Shown piece after piece: positions 1-4,898 of a DNA stretch of 6,377 nt (position 1 is its first letter; each line of letters opens with the position of its first letter). Source of the DNA: Candidatus Nanopusillus sp. (GTDB taxonomy: Archaea > Nanobdellota > Nanobdellia > Nanobdellales > Nanobdellaceae); contig JAPYVP010000026.1 in NCBI GenBank assembly GCA_028276785.1, positions 1 through 6,377 on the forward strand. The letters run 5' to 3'. The position numbers and the translations under genes are program-made. The notes under the pieces are model-generated. The model saw only the letters and a program-made list of their open reading frames with translations. It did no database searches and was not told where the DNA came from.

Positions 1-2
1 AG

Positions 3-50
3 ATCAGAGATGAACTAATTGAAGCTATAAATAGAGGATTATTTATATAA
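3..50 (+). CDS. 3' end of a CDS entering from the left edge (...IRDELIEAINRGLFI*), product unknown
   Basis: This is the only + frame open from the window edge, and it ends at TAA 48-50. The other two + frames hit stops within the first 18 nt. Too short to classify. Confidence 0.3.
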   Translation: MRDELIEAINRGLFI

Positions 51-106
51 TCTTTTTATAACCATATCCATAAAACTTATGACCTTTGCTAACATAGATG
101 TAATAT

Positions 107-544
107 ATGGTAACTATAGATGAAATATCTACATGGGTACGCAGAGCTATTTTAGTTATACTTTATCTAAATAAGGGAGAAATATCAAAACAAAAACTTA
201 ATGAGCTACTTTATTTAATTTATAAAGAGCTTAATAACATAGACCCTTTAGAAGATTTAGACTTTTATATTAATATGAAAACAAAAGAAATTGAAATATA
301 TACTCCTAAAATGGAGTTCAGCCTTGATAATACACTTAAGAATATGGATTCATATGGACTTATAAATGTCTATAAAGAAAATATTTATCTTACAGATTAT
401 GGTTATAAAGCTGCAAAAGCTATTATGAATGATCCTGAATTTAAAGATGAGGTAGAAACTACTTTGAGAATTACAGCCCAATTTAAAGATATGTCTGAAG
501 AAGGGCTAATTAATTTGATTTTAGAAAATTTAAAACATAGCTAA
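107..544 (+). CDS. Hypothetical soluble protein, 145 aa, possible winged-helix DNA-binding fold
   Basis: ATG 107 follows an in-frame TAA at 101-103. The segment SYGLINVYKENIYLTDYGYKAAKAI resembles the wing plus following helix of MarR/PadR-type wHTH proteins, and the N-terminal KQKLNELLYLIYKE is helix-like. This is motif-level only. No TATA box sits at the usual 22-nt offset. Confidence 0.6.
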   Translation: MVTIDEISTWVRRAILVILYLNKGEISKQKLNELLYLIYKELNNIDPLEDLDFYINMKTKEIEIYTPKMEFSLDNTLKNMDSYGLINVYKENIYLTDYGYKAAKAIMNDPEFKDEVETTLRITAQFKDMSEEGLINLILENLKHS

Positions 545-554
545 AATATCTTTT

Positions 555-800
555 TTGTTATATTTTTCTAATCTATTACCTAAAAATGCCTATATTTCAA
601 CATCAACATTAATTTCTGGTATAGAAAATATAGGTGATGTTGAAATAATAAAAAGGAAAGATGGAACCTATCTCATAAAAATTAAAAGTGTAGATTCAAC
701 AATTATTGATTATATAAATGGATACTATGATATTTTAGTTAAAAGAATACCACTATATAATATTGCTGAAGTAATTAAAAGAGAAGGATTTAAAAAATAA
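555..800 (+). CDS. Hypothetical protein, 81 codons, no in-frame ATG (TTG start or frameshift continuation of the upstream gene)
   Basis: The frame is open from 534 to TAA 798-800. It contains no ATG or GTG, only TTG 555 and ATA 537/546. The predicted protein is beta-rich (GDVEIIKRKDGTYLIKIKSVD). It lies in the +1 frame relative to 107-544, whose stop is at 542-544. Confidence 0.4.
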   Translation: MLYFSNLLPKNAYISTSTLISGIENIGDVEIIKRKDGTYLIKIKSVDSTIIDYINGYYDILVKRIPLYNIAEVIKREGFKK

Positions 801-848
801 ACTTTATAAGAGGGTTATAACTTTTGTTAGAATTAAAAGCTTAATTAT

Positions 849-1040
849 TTATTGTTTTCTTATTTTTTCCATTAATTCATTTTGCCATTTCTCATTATTT
901 GCAAATTCCTTTAATATTAAATATCTTAATAAGTATTTATTAATGTTCCAATTTTCAGCTATTTCATCTAATTTTGTTAATATATATTTATATTCTGCAT
1001 AATCTTTTTCATATGCAATCCAAATTGTTAATTTATCCAT
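849..1040 (-). CDS. Small soluble protein, 63 aa, possible ribbon-helix-helix-like DNA binder; last gene of the minus-strand array
   Basis: Starts ATGGATAAA. The pattern is a short N-terminal strand (KLTIWIAY), then helix (EKDYAEYKYILTKLDEIAENW), then a second helix (NINKYLLRYLILKEF), which fits an RHH layout. Fold assignment is by eye only. Confidence 0.5.
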   Translation of the reverse strand: MDKLTIWIAYEKDYAEYKYILTKLDEIAENWNINKYLLRYLILKEFANNEKWQNELMEKIRKQ

Positions 1041-1066
1041 TTTTTAATTCGATATTATAGTTAAAA

Positions 1067-1095
1067 CCATTTTATATTTTTCCAACATTAACATT
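1067..1095 (-). repeat. Gene-end junction repeat, copy C (minus sense AATGTTAATGTTGGAAAAATATAAAATGG)
   Basis: Encodes the C-terminus NVNVGKI plus TAA of CDS 1072-1647, then A-ATG-G. It matches copy A (1862-1890) at 27 of 29 positions. Its 15-nt core TAATGTTGGAAAAAT is identical to copy B. Confidence 0.8.
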
Positions 1096-1647
1096 AAGCC
1101 CTGATTCCTTACTTGAAATAACTGCTAAAATAGAAAATATCATATCAAATGTTATCATAAATAAATATACTTGTGGTATGACTAATATCATATTTATTAG
1201 TATCATATTTGTTGGGTATATTGTCAGGAATAAAATACTATATACTAATATTATAGATAATATAAATTGTACAATATCTAATAATTTTATAGCAATCTTT
1301 TCCCAATTATTAATATTTAAATTTTCAATTTCTTTTGTTAATGGTGATACAAATCTTTCACTTTCCATAAATAGAATTGCTATACCTAATAGAATAGAAA
1401 CATTAAGGCTAATAATTGCGAATAATGATAATGTTGCTGTTATTATAGAAGAATATACAATAGCTAACATTGGAATTATTGAAACTATTAATATTTTTGA
1501 TATTCCTCTTATTATATAAGTAGAAATTTTAGATACTTCTTTCTTTGATAATCTAATGTATATTGTAGTGATTATATAAAGTGCTGTTATAATTAATAAA
1601 AAAGATACCTGTTTAGTAAATGTATTTAATAGATTTATTGGATTCAC
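1072..1647 (-). CDS. Polytopic membrane protein, 191 aa, unknown family
   Basis: About 5-6 hydrophobic segments. The GTG start at 1647 overlaps the upstream TGA (1644-1646), reading ATGTGA. The C-terminus NVNVGKI is encoded by the junction repeat. Confidence 0.7.
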   Translation of the reverse strand: MNPINLLNTFTKQVSFLLIITALYIITTIYIRLSKKEVSKISTYIIRGISKILIVSIIPMLAIVYSSIITATLSLFAIISLNVSILLGIAILFMESERFVSPLTKEIENLNINNWEKIAIKLLDIVQFILSIILVYSILFLTIYPTNMILINMILVIPQVYLFMITFDMIFSILAVISSKESGLNVNVGKI

Positions 1648-1883
1648 ATTTTTCCAACATTAGTATTTTCTTCTTTTACCTTTTTTGTCGATTTATAAAA
1701 TTCTATAAAGAATGATAATATAAGAACAAATGCTCCAATTAATGCTATTATAGATAATGGATAAAGTAGTTCATATATTTTTAATTGTATTGCAACCCAA
1801 TTAGCTAATACAATTATAAATGCAAATGCTAATATGATAATTGGAAAATTTTTTATATATTCCATTTTATATTTTTTCAACAT
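1644..1883 (-). CDS. Small two-TM membrane protein, 79 aa (73 aa if it starts at the second ATG, 1865)
   Basis: Two hydrophobic helices. ATG 1883 lies inside the junction repeat and overlaps the upstream gene by 17 nt. ATG 1865 sits 1 nt after the upstream TAA (TAAAATGG). The C-terminus is NTNVGKM. Confidence 0.65.
   Translation of the reverse strand: MLKKYKMEYIKNFPIIILAFAFIIVLANWVAIQLKIYELLYPLSIIALIGAFVLILSFFIEFYKSTKKVKEENTNVGKM
1648..1662 (-). repeat. Gene-end junction repeat, copy B core (minus sense TAATGTTGGAAAAAT)
   Basis: Encodes the C-terminus TNVGKM of CDS 1644-1883. The 15 nt are identical to 1076-1090 in copy C. Confidence 0.7.
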
Positions 1884-1890
1884 TTACATT
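1862..1890 (-). repeat. Gene-end junction repeat, copy A (minus sense AATGTAAATGTTGAAAAAATATAAAATGG)
   Basis: Encodes the C-terminus NVNVEKI plus TAA of CDS 1867-2559, then A-ATG-G, which begins the next gene. Confidence 0.8.
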
Positions 1891-2559
1891 TGTTTCTAAT
1901 TGAGCCTTTAATATATCTATTTCATTCAATAAATCTTTTACTTTTGCTAATTTTTGATCTATATCAAATATTAATTCATATATCTGCCTTTGTCTTTCAT
2001 CTATTTTGTAAAAAAACCAGGCTATGGTCTCATATGGGGGTTCTTCAGTCATCATAATTTTTTTAAGTATATAATAAAGTAAGCCCAATGCTATTAAAGA
2101 TGGTGTTATTAAAATTAATTCAATTATTATAAGTGCATCATTTGGTATGGGTTTAAATATCTGATTAAGAAATTCAAAAACAGATCCTTGTTTAATCATT
2201 GGGACTAATACAAAATTATAAATTACGAATACCATAGCAAAATATGAACTAAAAAGTATATATATCATAAATAAATCTATAAGGAATCTTGTACTTATAT
2301 CTTCTCTAAATTTCTTATTCATTTCTAATTTTTTTCCTAATTTATCAAGAATTAGGTATATTAACATAAAAAATAATATAGCTGATATACTTATTATGTA
2401 TTCATGAGTGGATAGTTTTGGCAATATTTCTGTAGAGTGTATTTTTTCAATAAGACTTGAATTAAATGCAGTCGGCGAGAATAAAGGAAATATATACATT
2501 AATGAGAATGAAATAAGAGATGTGATAAATATAATAAATAATATAAAAGCTTCATTCAT
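1867..2559 (-). CDS. Membrane protein, 230 aa, with a C-terminal coiled-coil-like tail; unknown family
   Basis: About 4-5 hydrophobic segments, followed by a heptad-like tail (ERQRQIYELIFDIDQKLAKVKDLLNEIDILKAQLE). The ATG overlaps the upstream stop by 8 nt (ATGAATGA). Confidence 0.7.
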   Translation of the reverse strand: MNEAFILFIIFITSLISFSLMYIFPLFSPTAFNSSLIEKIHSTEILPKLSTHEYIISISAILFFMLIYLILDKLGKKLEMNKKFREDISTRFLIDLFMIYILFSSYFAMVFVIYNFVLVPMIKQGSVFEFLNQIFKPIPNDALIIIELILITPSLIALGLLYYILKKIMMTEEPPYETIAWFFYKIDERQRQIYELIFDIDQKLAKVKDLLNEIDILKAQLETNVNVEKI

Positions 2560-2776
2560 TATTATATTCAGAATTTAAATAAATTTGAGCCATAACAAAA
2601 CCTTTTATTGCTATTAATTCAGCTTGTAAATTTTCTATTTTATCGGCAATTTCATATAATTTTTTAACATTATCTTTATTATTCATAAGCTCATCTTTTA
2701 ATTTTGGTAAATTTTGTATTATATAATCTATCTTTTGATTTATCTCATCATAATTATTTGGAATTTTACTTTTCAT
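2552..2776 (-). CDS. Small soluble coiled-coil-like protein, 74 aa; first gene of the minus-strand array
   Basis: ATG 2776 lies exactly 22 nt downstream of TTTATAAA (2799-2806). The sequence is helical and heptad-like (KKLYEIADKIENLQAELIAIKG). Confidence 0.6.
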   Translation of the reverse strand: MKSKIPNNYDEINQKIDYIIQNLPKLKDELMNNKDNVKKLYEIADKIENLQAELIAIKGFVMAQIYLNSEYNNE

Positions 2777-2798
2777 ATAAAATTATATGTCGTATAAA

Positions 2799-2806
2799 TT
2801 TATAAA
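2799..2806 (-). promoter_or_regulatory. TATA box (TTTATAAA) for the minus-strand array
   Basis: The 8-mer is followed by a 22-nt spacer (2777-2798) and then ATG 2776. An A-rich BRE-like stretch lies upstream. Confidence 0.55.
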
Positions 2807-2854
2807 TTTTAAAATAAATTATTGTATAAAAGGAATTAAATAAGGATGGATCCG

Positions 2855-2869
2855 ATATGGATGCCATAT
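2855..2869. promoter_or_regulatory. Perfect palindrome ATATGG-atg-CCATAT between the two divergent promoters; candidate operator
   Basis: It has 6-bp arms and a 3-nt spacer. It is embedded in a locally GC-richer patch carrying the direct repeat ATGGATCC / ATGGATGC (2846-2866). It sits midway between the TATA boxes at 2799 and 2904. Confidence 0.35.
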
Positions 2870-2903
2870 TCTTTTTGTTTTTGCATGTCTTAAAAAGGAA
2901 TGG

Positions 2904-2911
2904 TTTTTAAA
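2904..2911 (+). promoter_or_regulatory. TATA box (TTTTTAAA) for CDS 2934
   Basis: The 8-mer is followed by a 22-nt spacer (2912-2933) and then ATG 2934. Confidence 0.5.
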
Positions 2912-2933
2912 TTTCGAACTCAAAAAATATTAT

Positions 2934-3128
2934 ATGGAAGATAAGATTCTAACAATTATATTAAATATAGAACATATATGCGATACTAATAAAGCATATA
3001 TACTTTCATTAATATTTCTGATAGCTATTTTTGGAATTCCTGGTATTTTAATACCCTTTCTTAATTATCCTTATATAATATTTGAAGAAATTATAGTGAG
3101 TAGTATCTTAATAGATATTGCTCTATGA
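2934..3128 (+). CDS. Small membrane protein, 64 aa
   Basis: The promoter is at the canonical offset. One long hydrophobic stretch is present (AYILSLIFLIAIFGIPGILIPFL). Confidence 0.5.
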   Translation: MEDKILTIILNIEHICDTNKAYILSLIFLIAIFGIPGILIPFLNYPYIIFEEIIVSSILIDIAL

Positions 3129-3152
3129 GATATCGTCTTTTTTAGTAAATAA

Positions 3153-3160
3153 GTTTAAAA
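3153..3160 (+). promoter_or_regulatory. TATA-like box (GTTTAAAA) for CDS 3183
   Basis: A 22-nt spacer leads to ATG 3183. A start at that position would exclude the out-of-frame ATG at 3178. Confidence 0.5.
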
Positions 3161-3182
3161 ACCTTTAGATCATAAATATGAA

Positions 3183-3482
3183 ATGGATAAAGAAGATATA
3201 GATAAAAATTTAGAATTTGTTTTCTATATACTATTAGGAATTTTAGGGGAATTGGCTAGTATAATAGTAGCGGGACTTATAGCATATGCAATTGGTTATA
3301 AAAGATTAAAAAGGCTAATTGGTGGTCTTATTATAGGTAGATTAATATATGGTGCAATTTATGCTTCTGTATTATATAATTTATCTCCTATAGTATATAT
3401 TGAATTATCATCTGTTGTAGGTATTATAGCATTGGGAATAGCTTATAAGATCCATAAAGATAGATCAAAAAGTGATGGATAA
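3183..3482 (+). CDS. Small membrane protein, 99 aa, about 3 TM
   Basis: Starts ATGGATAAAGAAGA (MDKED). It is Gly-rich and hydrophobic. Its TAA stop lies inside the 8-nt ATGGATAA overlap with the next gene. Confidence 0.65.
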   Translation: MDKEDIDKNLEFVFYILLGILGELASIIVAGLIAYAIGYKRLKRLIGGLIIGRLIYGAIYASVLYNLSPIVYIELSSVVGIIALGIAYKIHKDRSKSDG

Positions 3483-3717
3483 TCAAAATCTAGATGATCA
3501 ACAGGGATTCTGTCCTTTAGATCTGGCATTATTATTCTTCATGGGTTCTATTAGTTTTCCATTTTTTCTTATTTTAGTTGGTGATTTGTTAACTTATGGA
3601 CCTTACATATTTAATCATATAAAAGATATAATAGCCACAGGAGTTATTTTAGGAGATGACCTTTGTATACTTGAGGGGCTTTTAGAAATGAAAGAGCTTT
3701 TAAAAAAAAACAAATAG
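3475..3717 (+). CDS. Small membrane protein, 80 aa, about 2 TM
   Basis: ATG 3475 sits in the ATGGATAA stop/start overlap. The track's GTG 3472 is one codon upstream. The gene ends AAA AAA AAC AAA TAG, immediately after an A9 run (3702-3710). Confidence 0.55.
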   Translation: MDNQNLDDQQGFCPLDLALLFFMGSISFPFFLILVGDLLTYGPYIFNHIKDIIATGVILGDDLCILEGLLEMKELLKKNK

Positions 3718-3959
3718 ATAAAGAAGAAGTAGATGCAGCATCTCTTATAATAGGTCTCTTTGTAGTATTATTAAATACACCACTTATATTTGCTATAATC
3801 TTATTTTTCTCATATTATTTACCAACTTATTTACAAGAAATATTTGTTAGTGGAGGTACTTTAGCAATTTTACTAATTATGATATACATTGTTATAAAAA
3901 TATATAAGTTTCCAACTAAGGATATAAATAATGAACCAAAAGACAAAAGAAAAAATTAG
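3714..3959 (+). CDS. Start-less membrane ORF, 81 codons, 2 TM (not in the ORF track)
   Basis: I translated this by hand. The frame is open from 3675 to TAG 3957-3959. It reads (I)DKEEVDAASLIIGLFVVLLNTPLIFAIILFFSYYLPTYLQEIFVSGGTLAILLIMIYIVIKIYKFPTKDINNEPKDKRKN. The only in-frame ATG is at 3879. The 5' end ATAGATAAAGAAGA differs by one base from the start of CDS 3183 (ATGGATAAAGAAGA). Confidence 0.45.
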   Translation: MDKEEVDAASLIIGLFVVLLNTPLIFAIILFFSYYLPTYLQEIFVSGGTLAILLIMIYIVIKIYKFPTKDINNEPKDKRKN

Positions 3960-4083
3960 GCAATAATTTTTGAAATATTCATGTTTACTTTATTGCAGCA
4001 ATTTATTTGAATCATAAAGAAAAGTCAGAAGCCTAATTTTTAATACCTTTATAAAATATTAGAAGTTTAAGTTCTAATAATGA

Positions 4084-4091
4084 CTTAAAAA
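4084..4091 (+). promoter_or_regulatory. TATA-like box (CTTAAAAA) pointing at ATG 4114
   Basis: A 22-nt spacer (4092-4113) precedes ATG 4114. The downstream context AAAAATCTTT resembles the TATAAATCTTT seen downstream of the TATA at the tbp promoter. Confidence 0.4.
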
Positions 4092-4113
4092 TCTTTACAA
4101 TTAAAGATATAAT

Positions 4114-4176
4114 ATGAAAAAAGAGCAAATATATAAAGGCCAACAGAATTCCAAAGATATAAGAGATGAAGACTGA
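4114..4176 (+). CDS. Possible 20-aa leaderless micro-ORF (MKKEQIYKGQQNSKDIRDED) overlapping the start of CDS 4166
   Basis: It is the ATG that sits at the canonical 22-nt promoter offset. Its TGA (4174-4176) overlaps ATG 4166 by 11 nt. There is no other support. Confidence 0.25.
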   Translation: MKKEQIYKGQQNSKDIRDED

Positions 4177-4432
4177 AGGTAAATTTATAAAAATAGTCAG
4201 GCTAATCTTAGCAATGGTAATGCTGTATACAATCTTTATTATTGGACCTCAAATGTTACATAGTCTTAAAGAAAGTTTAGAACAACAGGCCCAACAAGTA
4301 TGTTTTATTAATTTATTACAAGTAGAAATGTTGAATACTTCTTCATCTATAAAAGAAGCTGCTATTAATAGTATAATAAATAATCCAGAATGTCAAAGCC
4401 TATTTACAAATAATACAACAACTAATGGATAA
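4166..4432 (+). CDS. Small protein, 88 aa, with an N-terminal TM/signal-anchor and a polar Gln/Asn/Ser-rich tail
   Basis: The hydrophobic segment is IVRLILAMVMLYTIFIIG. An in-frame TAA (4160-4162) lies directly upstream. The stop is inside the ATGGATAA overlap with the next gene. Confidence 0.6.
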   Translation: MKTEGKFIKIVRLILAMVMLYTIFIIGPQMLHSLKESLEQQAQQVCFINLLQVEMLNTSSSIKEAAINSIINNPECQSLFTNNTTTNG

Positions 4433-4862
4433 AAAACAGATAATAAAGAAAATAGACGAGTGGGGAAGCATTACATTTTTTACTCTCACCTTTTTATTAA
4501 TAATAATTCCCTTTATCTTAAATGGAGCAATTCCTACAACTGCTGGACTATATATTGTTCTTATATTAAGTTTTATAAACATTATTGCATTTATTGCTTT
4601 TTCTACTTATGTATATGATTTTATTGAAGAAAGATATGATGAATTCATAGAAAGAGAAGAATTTTGGCAAAAACAAACCTTAAAAGAAAAAATACTAGAT
4701 ATATTTATAATAATTTGGTTTATATCTCCAATTTTAGTAATATTAAGCTTCTTATTTATAATAATAACATATCCAACATTAGGAGTTATCTTTGGACTTA
4801 TATTCCTTATTTTTTGGTGGTTTGGACCTTTTATTTTAGGTAAGAAAGATGAAGAAGAATAA
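4425..4862 (+). CDS. Membrane protein, 145 aa, about 4 TM with a central acidic loop
   Basis: Starts ATGGATAAA within the 8-nt overlap. The order is two TM helices, then EERYDEFIEREEFWQKQTLKEK, then two TM helices, then an acidic C-terminus KKDEEE. Confidence 0.7.
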   Translation: MDKKQIIKKIDEWGSITFFTLTFLLIIIPFILNGAIPTTAGLYIVLILSFINIIAFIAFSTYVYDFIEERYDEFIEREEFWQKQTLKEKILDIFIIIWFISPILVILSFLFIIITYPTLGVIFGLIFLIFWWFGPFILGKKDEEE

Positions 4863-4867
4863 ATTTA

Positions 4868-4889
4868 CCTCGGGGCATAAACCCCGAGG
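4868..4889. terminator. GC-rich hairpin CCTCGGGG-cataaa-CCCCGAGG between convergent genes
   Basis: A perfect 8-bp stem sits 5 nt after the stop of CDS 4425-4862. On the minus strand it lies 9 nt after the TBP stop and is followed by the U-rich UAAAUUUAUUCUUC. Confidence 0.5.
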
Positions 4890-4898
4890 ATGATGCAC

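Noticed and set aside
1178-1519. 113-aa + strand ORF from the track
   Set aside because: It is entirely antisense to the membrane-protein CDS 1072-1647. The sequence is low-complexity and Ile/Asn-rich, as expected for a shadow frame in AT-rich DNA, and there is no promoter at the usual offset.
2846-2893. 15-codon ORF MDPIWMPYSFCFCMS beginning ATGGAT in the divergent intergenic region
   Set aside because: The nearest TATA-like sequence is only ~14 nt upstream. The ORF coincides with the palindrome and direct repeat, which are better explained as a regulatory site.
4166-4240. Class III (type IV pilin/archaellin-like) signal peptide in the 88-aa protein
   Set aside because: The N-terminus MKTEGKFIKIV lacks the [KR]-[GA] cleavage motif immediately before the hydrophobic stretch. 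It is better described as a generic signal-anchor.
4400-4582. 60-aa - strand ORF
   Set aside because: It is antisense to two well-supported + strand genes (4166-4432 and 4425-4862) and has no promoter or coupling context.
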